A DNA stretch of 15,107 nt from Tubiluchus corallicola (GCA_030141605.1 JAQGDQ010000623.1:110174-125280); one strand, 5' to 3'. Positions 1-10,483 are shown, numbered from the stretch's first letter. Numbers and translations: made by a program. Notes: generated from the letters alone by a model not told the origin.

Positions 1-33
1 ACAACAAAAACTTGAAATTTGATTTGCATATAG

Positions 34-136
34 GGTCACAATGCTTCCATTATGGGTCTGGACTGGTCAAAGGAAAAGTTCATGGACGAATGTTTCCTGT
101 TGCAAAGCACTTCGATCACTTTGGAATACTGCATCT
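34..136 (+). CDS. EML: Internal exon of an echinoderm microtubule-associated protein-like (EML/EMAP) WD40 gene; upstream exons lie outside the window
   Basis: Acceptor gcatatag|G at 33/34, donor T|gtaagt at 136/137. Translates GHNASIMGLDWSKEKFMDECFLLQSTSITLEYCI(W), aligning by eye to the EML motif GHSSFITHLDWS...SNSGDYEILYW. Ends in phase 1. Symbol is family level only. Confidence 0.9.
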
Positions 137-286
137 GTAAGTTTTAATAAGTTTTTTATTAACAAGCTATAAATAAATAAAAAATACTAGGTAGATAGAA
201 TGACTGAAGGATTTCAGTTCTGTCCCCAAGTACTGCTGCTACCAAGCCATGCAACAACTATTCTTATAGTTCTATCAGAAAAGTAA

Positions 287-520
287 TGGCGCATTCACAC
301 TAGCGCGTTTTCTCGCCAAATCATTCGGAAGTGCGTCCAGACTAGAGTGCAAAACTCGGTGTGAGTTGCTCTCCGACAGTAAGTACTAGCTGTTCTCTAT
401 TCACTGCAAGAAGTGTCGAGAGTAACTTGTCGACGCGTTCACACTACACAGTAACTCGCAGGAAATCAACTGTCGGAGAGCTTGCAATTTCCTGCCTACA
501 GTAACTCATAGGCGACGTTG
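287..520. mobile_element. Probable terminus of a non-autonomous PIF/Harbinger-like DNA element
   Basis: TAA (284-286) followed by TGGCGCATTCACACTAG resembles Harbinger-type termini (GGnGCGTTCACAC). A subterminal copy CGCGTTCACACTA lies at ~434, and a perfect 13-bp inverted pair at 368-380/469-481. CpG-rich against an AT-rich background. No clean second terminus found. Confidence 0.4.
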
Positions 521-579
521 CTTAAACAAGCTTTGTTTTGTTTAATAATAATTAATAGTAATTTAATAATAATCTATTA

Positions 580-694
<115 letters not shown>

Positions 695-1002
695 TTTAAT
701 ATTATTAAATGATAAATAATTACAAAAACAAGCTTTACGAAAATGGGAACTCAAAACAATTGTGCAATCTGAATATCACTTACTACTAGAAGCAAACAAT
801 TAAATAATTAAATTTGTAATCTAAACAGTAAACGCGCTAAAGAATGTATAATATATAAATTTATTTATCATTACGACCAAAATATTTTTTTAAAGGTAAA
901 GCAATGTAGAACATACAGTGACAAGTACCAATTCACTGTTACAAGATACATGGACTAAATAAAATGAGTTTAAACTTAAGTCTGAAAATTAAATAAACCA
1001 TA

Positions 1003-1003
1003 T

Positions 1004-1060
<57 letters not shown>

Positions 1061-1061
1061 A

Positions 1062-1124
<63 letters not shown>

Positions 1125-1126
1125 TG
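1003..1126. repeat. (TG)n microsatellite ending in (TGCG)n
   Basis: Directly visible. Confidence 0.98.
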
Positions 1127-1269
1127 TTATTACGTTTATATTCATTAGGATTGCAAAAAAAGTAGAACAAGCAAAAAGAACAAAAAGAAATGTTAAATTG
1201 TTGGCATTGCCATAAAGCAGACACAGGAGTAGGTTCATCATCCTGGTTTGTGTAATCTTAACTTTACAG

Positions 1270-1365
1270 GGGCAGCAAACACAGCTGAACTTCTGGAAAA
1301 TTCCCCCGAGTTGAGAAATGTCGCCTGGAAGTCGTACAGCTGTCGCTTGGGATCAGAAGTTGCAG
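1270..1365 (+). CDS. EML: EML-like gene, internal exon
   Basis: ctttacag|GG ... GCAG|gtaatg; 96 nt, phase 1 to 1. Translates (W)AANTAELLENSPELRNVAWKSYSCRLGSEVA(G), matching EML W....RDIEWATYTCTLGFHVFG. Confidence 0.9.
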
Positions 1366-1383
1366 GTAATGATGTTGTTGAGA

Positions 1384-1675
1384 AACTAGCTGTTGCTTAA
1401 GTACCTTTGCTTAACTAGCTGTTGCTCAAGTACCTTTGCTTAACTAGCTGTTGCTTAATTTCGTGTTGCTTAACTAACTGTTGTTAGACTAGCTGTTGCT
1501 CAACTGTCTAATGCTCAACTAACAGTTGTTTAAGTACGTTTTAGCTAGCTTTTGGTTAACTAGTTGCTGTTTAACTAGCTGTAGCTTAACCAGCCGTTGC
1601 TTAACTTGCTGTTGCTTAATTTTGTGTTGCTTAACTAGCTGTTGCTTAACTAGCTGTGGCTCAACTAGCTGTCTA
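1384..1675. repeat. Degenerate ~15-bp minisatellite (AACTAGCTGTTGCTT)
   Basis: Repeated aactagctgttgctt with interspersed variants (aagtacctttgctt, aatttcgtgttgctt). Confidence 0.9.
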
Positions 1676-1765
1676 GACTCTCACTCACAATGAATGACCC
1701 TGTAAAGTGCTTTCGCGTGGTTCTGTTTTCGGCTGGGATGCATTGGACCCATGAGCCAGTTAAGC

Positions 1766-1802
<37 letters not shown>

Positions 1803-1803
1803 G
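1766..1803. repeat. (TTG)n microsatellite
   Basis: Directly visible; source of the minus-strand poly-Gln ORF. Confidence 0.95.
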
Positions 1804-2024
1804 ATATGGTTGTTTTCCTGTTGTTAAATAACTGTTGCTGGAACAATTAACAAAAAACGCCACACTACAGAAATGAAAGGAAATAATGTCTTTGCGAATT
1901 GTCCGAGGAAAATTGGAAAAAATGCGAAAAAGAATACCAAATACTTTTTCCGATTACGTAGTAATAACAAAGTCACGATTAGGCATAAAATTCACAACAA
2001 CAAGAAACACAATATATATATATA

Positions 2025-2610
2025 TAATAATCTTTATTTGCCATAAAAAATCGATATTCATAACTATAAAAGCATAAAAGAACATCGCAGCATGAGAATA
2101 AAATTCACACAACTGTTAAAGGCAAATGCGTTCAGTGCAAACTAAAAACTACTGTGCCAAAAATTTAAAACAAAATATACATTATAATATTACACGCAAA
2201 TTATAATAGACTATATACAATATATACATACAATTTAAAATGGACGTGGGTAAATAAAATTTGCGGATGAATATATATTATCGTTTACGTATGTAGGGTT
2301 TTCAAAACGATTTAATGTATGTATTTTTAATTTTGATTTGAATTCGTCGAAAGACTTGATTTGTTTTAAATTTGATGGCAAGGTATTCCAAAGTTGAACT
2401 CCTTGTTTAGTGATAGAATTGTTGCCGTATTTGTTATTAGTGCGTATTTGTTTAATATTGTGTGTTCTTGGATTTAATGTTGGCTCCAAGAGGAGTGGAA
2501 GCTTATTTTTGATGAAGGGTGTGTTAATATTGTTGATGTATTTATATAAAAACAGGATTGTGTAGAAGTCTTTATGTGCTTGTAAAATTGGGATTTTAAA
2601 CATTGTTCTT
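2025..2610 (-). mobile_element. 5'-truncated non-LTR retrotransposon (CR1/L2/Crack-group LINE): ORF2 C-terminus plus 3' UTR
   Basis: Minus-strand ORF 2235-2705 contains RTNNKYGNNSITKQGVQLWNTLPSNLKQIKSFDEFKSKLKIH, the typical G..LWN.LP..IK......FK.KLK tail of CR1-group ORF2. It is followed by an AT-rich UTR ending GGCAAATAAAGATTATTA(TA)n at ~2025. Confidence 0.8.
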
Positions 2611-2769
2611 AGAAGAGAAAAACCAAAAAATATCTCTAATAATAAAGTGCCAATATTAGCAAAAACACCAGACAAGTGACAAGCAACTAAAGTTCTGACT
2701 GACATTATTGTTTCTTCCTGCCACTTCCCTTACGGTAGCTTTTGTAAAAGTAATATGAGGCATTTTGGA

Positions 2770-3360
2770 TTTATATTACTGTTATCACCTATAGTTAGAA
2801 AAATATAACAAAGACATTTGCAAAACACATTCTACAAAGCATAAATCTGAAATACGTTACATCTGAATAGAAATTTTTGGGCACTGTAGTTGCCGCCATT
2901 TGTTGGAAAATTATGACGCAACTGGAAAACTTCGTGACTTTTCGTAAGCGCATCGTGACTTTCCGTACACGCGCAGTTTAAACTAGTTCAAACTTCTACA
3001 GCTTAGGATGTCCACGCAAAAATGTTACAAAATTTTCTATCTTATGTTTTTGTAAAAAACTTAAACTTTTGACGAAAATTGACAGTGCGCTACGTTTCTC
3101 TAAGACGAATGACGTCATTGGAAGAAGAATGGGCATTGAAAACGGAGGCGCCCAAGCATGAAGCGACTTTAAAGTGATTTTACAAATTACACGACGCACT
3201 TATTGTCGTTTTATTACTAAATCTTTTTAGCATTTTTGCGAACATTGAAATAACCCCAACCTCCTACAAAGTTCTGCTTTTCCTTTAAAGCAAATTTTTG
3301 ATTTTCTGTGATTTTTGTAGGATTTTTAGAGCCTACGGACAAACGTAATGATGATAAGTT
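2770..3360. mobile_element. Possible degraded non-autonomous DNA-transposon-like insertion
   Basis: CpG-richer island in the intron, with repeated motifs (TCGTGACTTT x2, TGACGCAA/TGACGTCA, CGCCATT). No convincing TIR pair, so boundaries are approximate. Confidence 0.25.
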
Positions 3361-3777
3361 GTTATCAAACAGATGCAGTGGCTGTAGATACGTTTTTAAG
3401 AACTAAGGATTGTCACAAGTTAAAATAAAGTTTGTTGTTACTCAGGCACGATCTCGCATTGTCATGGCGATTCAGCTGCCTATGCAAAATCTATTGATGA
3501 TGATCGTGTTCTGCATGAATGAGTATGCTGAGTTCTCGTTTAACGACGTCCACTTAGCGACATTTTCTTTTAACGATGCTAATTTCTGACATATTTTTTC
3601 CAGTTAACGTCGCATGTTTCATTTTACCGATGATTTTTTCTTGGAAAATAATTGAATACATTATTGATTTTTGCTCCTGGAATTCATGCAACTGAATGCT
3701 TTTACATGTACAACATTGTATCGTTTAGCAACGTTTCGCTTTACGTGGACTTACTGTACTGATTTCCATACATTTAG

Positions 3778-3911
3778 GAGTTTGGCCATCAGATCCTGCC
3801 AATGAAACTAATGTCAACGCTGTAGATATGGACGAGAGCAGAACACTTATAGCATCAGCAGAATCCACTGGAAGGGTTAACGTTTACAGAAATCCGTGCA
3901 TCACTCAGGAG
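3778..3911 (+). CDS. EML: EML-like gene, penultimate coding exon
   Basis: catttag|GA ... GAG|gtacgt; 134 nt, phase 1 to 0. Translates (G)VWPSDPANETNVNAVDMDESRTLIASAESTGRVNVYRNPCITQE, matching EML GVWPEGSDGTDINAV....LSTGDDFGKVHLFSYPC. Confidence 0.92.
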
Positions 3912-4185
3912 GTACGTTACTTCCCTTTGTCACTACAACCACTGCAGTTACCTAAAGTCGATGTGAATTCCATGTAACACACTTGCTCGCAGGTTTATTT
4001 CACGTAGTGTAAAAAATGTACCGAAGTTTTTATCACAATATTACAAGAAGAAAATGAAAGAATCAGTAGATAACTGCCATGGTTTATAAACATTTTGAGT
4101 TTCACAGTCGTAATCTGATCAATAATAATATCATCGCAAAAGCTTTGCAACAATAGTTCATCTAAAATGAACTTTCTTATTACAG

Positions 4186-4362
4186 GCGATGCCCAAGACA
4201 TTACCTGGTTATTGCACTGAAGTTTCCCAGGTAAAATTTGTCCAGACTGGCTTCACTCGACGTCTGATTGCAGCTGGAATTAAGGCAAACATTATTCTAC
4301 AATGGAGAGTTGTGGAGCCAGTCGCACGAAATGATTCACAGCAACAACAACAACAGCAATAA
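4186..4362 (+). CDS. EML: EML-like gene, terminal coding exon (last WD40 blade plus Q7 tail, TAA stop)
   Basis: tttcttattacag|GCG, phase 0. Translates AMPKTLPGYCTEVSQVKFVQTGFTRRLIAAGIKANIILQWRVVEPVARNDSQQQQQQQ*, matching the EML C-terminus APSHIYGGHSSHVTNVDF...LISTGGKDTSIMQWRV. Confidence 0.88.
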   Translation, partial: AMPKTLPGYCTEVSQVKFVQTGFTRRLIAAGIKANIILQWRVVEPVARNDSQQQQQQQ

Positions 4363-4608
4363 CTAGAGAGACGGCAATGGCAACAGTCATAACTTTAGTA
4401 GTATGGGTAGCAGCAGTTGGTGTAACACTGGTGCACCACCAGTAGCAGAAACTCACCTCGATCGCTGCACCACGTTTAGTAATAGTAGCAATGCACCCTT
4501 CACAAAGCCTTATGACAAGAATTTTGTGAAACACTGAAATTTTGTCAAAAACCAGTTTTTTCTGTTAAACTTCTACTGTTTTGAACATCTTTTGTTTTTA
4601 GTTATTCT

Positions 4609-4614
4609 AATAAA
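4609..4614 (+). terminator. Probable polyadenylation signal of the EML-like gene
   Basis: AATAAA about 250 nt after the stop, in T-rich context, just before the satellite. Confidence 0.55.
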
Positions 4615-4762
4615 CAGTGATTACTAAGTTTAATATGCTGTATTTTTCGTAGGTAGTATCGAACGTTTTCTATCATATGAAACTGAACATCATTGTGCCT
4701 CGCGTTTCTAAGTACTTTATAAACCTTTTTACATCAAAAACAAAACAGATGTTAAGAACAAC

Positions 4763-7100
4763 CCTGTCTGTCTTATACCGTTCCACCTGTCGAACTTATA
4801 CTGTAGCGCCTGTCAGTCTTACACCGCTCCACTTGTCAAACCTATACTGTATCGCGTGTCAATCTTACACCGTTCCACCTGTTGAACTTATACTGTATCG
4901 CCTGTCTGTCTTATACCGTTCCACGTGTCAAACTTATACTGTACCGCCTGTCAATCTTATACCGCTCCACTTGTCAAACTTATACTGTAGCGCCTGTCAG
5001 TCTTATACCGCTCCACTTGTCAAACTTATACTGTATCGCGTGTCAATCTTACACCGCTCCACTTGTCAAACTTATACTGTAGCGCCTGTCTGTCTTATAC
5101 TGTTCCACGTGTCAAACTTATACTGTACCGCCTGTCAATCTTATACCGCTCCACTTGTCAAACTTATACTGTAGCGCCTGTCAGTCTTATACCGCTCCAC
5201 TTGTCAAACTTATACTGTATCGCGTGTCAATCTTACACCGCTCCACTTGTCAAACTTATACTGTAGCGCCTGTCTGTCTTATACCGTTCCACGTGTCAAA
5301 CTTATACTGTATCGCGTGTCAATCTTACACCGCTCCACTTGTCAAACTTATACTGTATCGCGTGTCAATCTTACACCGCTCCACTTGTCAAACTTATACT
5401 GTATCGCCTGTCTGTCTTATACCGCTCCACTTGTCAAACTTATACTGTATCGCGTGTCAATCTTACACCGCTCCACTTGTCAAACTTATACTGTAGCGCC
5501 TGTCTGTCTTATACCGTTCCACGTGTCAAACTTATACTGTACCGCCTGTCAATCTTATACCGCTCCACTTGTCAAACTTATACTGTAGCGCCTGTCAGTC
5601 TTATACCGCTCCACTTGTCAAACTTATACTGTATCGCGTGTCAATCTTACACCGCTCCACTTGTCAAACTTATACTGTAGTGCCTGTCTGTCTTATACCG
5701 TTCCACGTGTCAAACTTATACTGTACTGCCTGTCAATCTTATACCGCTCCACTTGTCAAACTTATACTGTAGCGCCTGTCAGTCTTATACCGCTCCACTT
5801 GTCAAACTTATACTGTATCGCGTGTCAATCTTACACCGCTCCACTTGTCAAACTTATACTGTAGCGCCTGTCTGTCTTATACCGTTCCACGTGTCAAACT
5901 TATACTGTATCGCGTGTCAATCTTACACCGCTCCACTTGTCAAACTTATACTGTAGCGCCTGTCAGTCTTATACCACTCCACTTGTCAAACTTATACTGT
6001 ATCGCGTGTCAATCTTACACCGCTCCACTTGTCAAACTTATACTGTAGCGCCTGTCAGTCTTATACCGCTCCACTTGTCAAACTTATACTGTATCACGTG
6101 TCAATCTCACACCGCTCCACTTGTCAAACTTATACTGTAGCGCCTGTCAGTCTTATACCGCTCCACTTGTCAAACTTATACTGTATCGCGTGTCAGTCTT
6201 ATACCGCTCCACTTGTCAAACTTATACTGTAGCGCCTGTCAGTCCTATACCGTTCCACTTGTCAAACTTATACTGTATCGCGTGTCAATCTTACACCGCT
6301 CCACTTGTCAAACTTATACTGTAGCGCCTGTCAGTCTTATACCGCTCCACTTGTCAAATTTATACTGTAGCGCCTGTCAGTCTTATACCGCTCCACTTGT
6401 CAAACTTATACTGTATCGCGTGTCAATCTTACACCGCTCCACTTGTCAAACTTATACTGTAGCGCCTGTCAGTCTTATACCGCTCCACTTGTCAAACTTA
6501 TACTGTACCGCCTGTCAATCTTATACCGCTCCACTTGTCAAACTTATACTGTAGCGCCTGTCAGTCTTATACCGCTCCACTTGTCAAACTTATACTGTAG
6601 CGCGTGTCAATCTTACACCGCTCCACTTGTCAAACTTATACTGTAGCGCCTGTCAGTCTTATACCGTTCTACTTGTCAGACTTATACTGTATCGCGTGTC
6701 AATCTTACACCGCTCCACTTGTCAAACTTATACTGTAGCGCCTGTCAGTCTTATACCGCTCCACTTGTCAGACTTATACTGTATCGCGTGTCAATCTTAC
6801 ACCGCTCCACTTGTCAAACCTATACTGTATCGCCTGTCAGTCTTATACCGCTCCACTTGTCAAACTTATACTGTATCGCGTGTCAATCTTACACCGCTCC
6901 ACTTGTCAAACTTATACTGTAGCGCCTGTCAGTCTTATACCGCTCCACTTGTCAAACTTATACTGTATCGCGTGTCAATCTTACACCGCTCCACTTGTCA
7001 AACTTATACTGTATCGCCTGTCAGTCCTATACCGTTCCACTTGTCAAACTTATACTATACCGCCTATCAATCTTATACTGTTCCAACTGTTAATCTTTCA
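4763..7100. repeat. 46-bp minisatellite (2x23-bp subunits), ~50 copies, with 184-bp and 92-bp higher-order structure
   Basis: Unit CTTATACTGTAGCGCCTGTCAGT-CTTATACCGCTCCACTTGTCAAA repeated head to tail, with four recurrent variants. Confidence 0.98.
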
Positions 7101-7179
7101 ATGTTCTACCTGTCACACATGTTCCACAAATGAAAATTACACTTTTTCTTGTTACACTCATGCTGTCCATCTCACTAGT

Positions 7180-7715
7180 ATTACACTATTACAAATGCTA
7201 ATTCACACTGTCCCAAACATCAGACTCACAACTGTTACAAATGTTAATTCACACTGTCCCACCCATCAGACTCACAACTGTTAATTCACACTGTCCCACT
7301 CGTCAGACTTACACTGTCACAAATGTTAATTCACACTGTCCCACTCGTCCGACTTACACTGTCACAAATGTTAATTCACACTGTCCCACCCATCAGACTC
7401 ACAAATGTTAATTCACACTGTCCCACTCGTCAGACTTACACTGTCACAAATGTTAATTCACAATGTCCCACTCGTGAGACTTACACTGTTACAAATGTTA
7501 GCTAACACTGTCCCACTCATCAGACTCACAACTGTTAGAATTGTTAATTCACACTGTCCCACTCGTGTAACTTACACTGTTACAAATGTTAATTCACACT
7601 GTCCCACATGTGAGACTTACACTGTTACAAATGTTAATTCACACTGTCCCACTCGTCAGACTTACACTGTTACAAATGTTAATTCACACTGTCCCTCTCG
7701 TGAGACTTACGCTAT
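7180..7715. repeat. 45-bp minisatellite (23+22-bp subunits), ~12 copies
   Basis: Unit AAATGTTAATTCACACTGTCCCACTCGTCAGACTTACACTGT(C/T)AC. Confidence 0.95.
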
Positions 7716-7719
7716 TTCA

Positions 7720-8080
7720 CTGTCATGTTTCGCCTGTCAAACCCACACTGTTTCACCTGTCAAACCTGCACTGTTTCGCCTGTCAAACATGCACTGTTTC
7801 ACCTGTCAAACCTGCACTGTTTCGCCTGTCAAACCTGCACTGTTTCACCTGTCAAACCTGCACTGTTTCGCCTGTCAAACCTGCACTGTTTCACCTGTCA
7901 AACCTGTACTGTTTCACCTGTCAAACCTGCTCTGTTCTCCTGTCAAACCACCACTGTTTCACCTTTCAAACTTGCACTGTTTGACCTGTCAAACCACCAC
8001 TGTTTCACCTGTCAAACCCCCACTGTTTCACCTGTCAAACTCCCACTGTTACACTTGGCACACTACACCGCTCCACCTGC
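7720..8080. repeat. 23-bp minisatellite, ~14 copies
   Basis: Unit CCTGCACTGTTTC(A/G)CCTGTCAAA, with A/G alternating in the first half. Confidence 0.95.
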
Positions 8081-9159
8081 TGGCCTTGAACTATCCCAGT
8101 TTATCGATATCATATTTAAACACGTTTGAGTGACACAATTCTATTGATGAATCGAATCAATGAAAAAAACTTGAAACCTCGTTATTCACCTGTACTCGTA
8201 CAGGTAGTATTAACTAATAAAAGAAACAGGTGAGCTAACAATCGTACAGCTGAATCTGATACCTGCGCTGACAGGGGAAAATTCTAACTGATGCGGATTT
8301 CTGCCGCTGCCCAAACGGGGATACAATTTGCTAGCGTATCGTAGTGTTATAAATACTATAAAGGTATACCTCCGTTTCCTATTGTGGAAAGGAAATTTTA
8401 GTGAACATGTGGTGAACGATGTGGCCGGTTGAACTTACGGTACGCTGTTAAAAGATGGTCAGTTGATTCTTGTTACGCTGGACACTGCAGAATAGGATAG
8501 AGGTGACCAGTTACTGACCACTACAAATTGTGAAAAAGTCTGCATTTGAAGACAAAGTAAAGGCGTGTATAAGATCCGTAGGAGGGCGATGGAAATTTAG
8601 GTGGATTAAAAGCAAATAAAAAGTGGAAATACTGTACCGAAAAGAATCTCAGATTATTCAATTCAATTTAAATTTATTTATCTCAGTACTGTGTGAACAC
8701 TTTGCAGTATTAGTCCACTCAGTTAAAGGACAACAAAACCTTCTACTCACGTAAAACTTAAAAATCATTTTGAAATTTTATTGTAGATTGTAGATTTATT
8801 TGCAGTATTTTTACAGTGTTATTGCAATAGTCTGTGGTTTAATCACGACAATGGAAGTCGCTGTAGTGCAAGCCAAATGTACCAAGTTTTTCCTGCATAC
8901 GTAGGAAAGCTGTATTTAATCTCAGAAGGAGGCTGTTTTTGAGTCAGAATAAATCATTAATAATCAGTTGTACAATACTGATACAATTTTTAAATCGCCC
9001 GTTTTTAAATCGTGGCAAACGTGTTTTATTTACCCATTCTAACTAACCCTTTCATGTATATAAGCTTACTATGTTTCTGTAAACTAACTCTGTGTTTTTA
9101 CTTGTGCCTTATTTTTATTGTTCTATGGACTGTGAATGTCTGAAATAAAATAAAGAATA

Positions 9160-9329
<170 letters not shown>

Positions 9330-9344
9330 ATCACTTAATCACTT

Positions 9345-9670
9345 AGGTGCTGTCTTATTGCATACAGGGCTTGTGTTAGCAGCAACGTTGTATAAAACTT
9401 GTAAATTTTAACTCCGGCGATGACCAAAAACACATTATTGATCTTGTTGACAATGTAAAGTAACTAAAACTCTTGCTTAGTTAGTGACGTGTGCACTACG
9501 AATGCTCTGATTATTTTTTCAAACTTTCCGCAATGTTATCTAAACTTGTTTCAGATGACTTGCCGTTAAAATGTCTATACCTAACGGCCGTCGCGGGAAC
9601 TTATTTTTACAAGTTTTATACAGCATTACTGCTAATACAAGCTCAGTGTGTGTAACAAAGCAACACATAG
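9345..9670. mobile_element. MITE-like foldback element with ~70-bp imperfect inverted arms
   Basis: Left GCTTGTGTTAGCAGCAACGTTGTATAAAACTTGTAAA (~9369-9405) pairs with right TTTACAAGTTTTATACAGCATTACTGCTAATACAAGC (~9606-9642). Pairing continues imperfectly inward and outward. Confidence 0.7.
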
Positions 9671-9747
9671 AAGATATAAAATTTCAAGACGAATGTTTTC
9701 AATTAAGCAATATCTACGAAGAGTGTACTTTAACTAATATCGGTTAA

Positions 9748-10198
9748 AGGACAAGAAAATGGCCAACCAAAGTAAGCCTCAGAAAATTCGCAATAAAAAT
9801 TATATCACCTAAGTTTAATCTTATGCGAATAAAGTACTCACGTTTTCGCATTTACTCCAATTTTTTAAAAAATATTTCATCCATGAACGTTGGCGCAGAC
9901 ATGTTTCATTTACTCCGCCAATTGAAAAGCCAGCATGTGACTAATCACGTGGCATGACATCAATCGAACACAGTCGCAGTGAATTCTGAGCACGTGTACT
10001 ATAAAGATTTGTGTTGTAGTTCTGTAACGCCATCTAATATGGCGCCGCCGTGACAGTCTCGCGGGAGAATTTAAAATGAAAACAAACAGGAAATTCTTTT
10101 AACGTGAGTACCATAAACACTTAAGATTTTCTCTAACCGTTTCAATTCTTTAGCGAAAATTTTCTGAGACTTGCTCTAACTAGGCCTTTTCTCGTCCT
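9748..10198. mobile_element. Kolobok-like non-autonomous DNA transposon (MITE)
   Basis: Left TTAA|AGGACAAGAAAATGGCC..AGTAAGCCTCAGAAAATT; right AATTTTCTGAGACTTGCT..GGCCTTTTCTCGTCCT|TTAT. Inner pair GTACTCACGTT/AACGTGAGTAC. A TTAA target with AG..CT termini fits Kolobok; the right TSD has one mismatch. Confidence 0.72.
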
Positions 10199-10443
10199 TT
10201 ATCACCCACAGCTCAAGTAACGAAGCTGGAGATTCTCTACAGTTCACGACGTCTTCTCATGCGCGTAGAAAGCTGTCAACTGTTTAACCCACACAAATCA
10301 ATATTTTATTTATTTTATTTGCAATAAAAATTTTTGATGCATACCCAATGATTAACTTCGAAGTTGGCAAAGAAGTTGAAGTTGAAGCTATTGTGTTGGT
10401 GTTGTTTAGCGAGTGTGACTAGTGACGCGTCGAGTTACTAACT

Positions 10444-10457
10444 GTTACCATGGTAAC
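10444..10457. promoter_or_regulatory. RFX X-box (perfect palindrome GTTACCATGGTAAC)
   Basis: Exact fit to the GTTRCCATGGYAAC consensus, ending 26 nt before the predicted ATG at 10484. Confidence 0.75.
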
Positions 10458-10483
10458 TCAAGCATTTGGTAATACCCAAAGAA

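Noticed and set aside
1384-1675. Minisatellite as an array of RFX half-sites (GTTGCT)
   Set aside because: There is no correctly spaced second half-site, and it lies far from any promoter.
4292-4534. Minus-strand 80-aa hydrophobic ORF
   Set aside because: Antisense shadow of the EML terminal exon and its CAA-rich tail, with a GTG start.
4763-8080. CRISPR-like array
   Set aside because: Units are contiguous with no unique spacers, there are no cas genes, and the context is a spliced eukaryotic locus.
4677-8133. About 25 overlapping Cys-rich ORFs (MSNLYCSACQSY...) resembling zinc-finger or metallothionein repeats
   Set aside because: They are translations of 46/45/23-bp satellites. The 46- and 23-bp periods are not multiples of 3, most starts are TTG, TAG stops recur with the repeat, and no splice structure is evident.
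8130-8700. Possible ncRNA or extra exon in the intergenic stretch
   Set aside because: Only an 8-bp inverted pair (TGGTCAGT/ACTGACCA) and isolated splice-like words; no tRNA/snRNA signature or recognisable peptide.
8723-9052. Second Kolobok-like element (TTAA AGGACAACAAAA...TACTCACGT)
   Set aside because: The left end resembles the 9748 element, but no matching right TIR was found; at most a decayed fragment.
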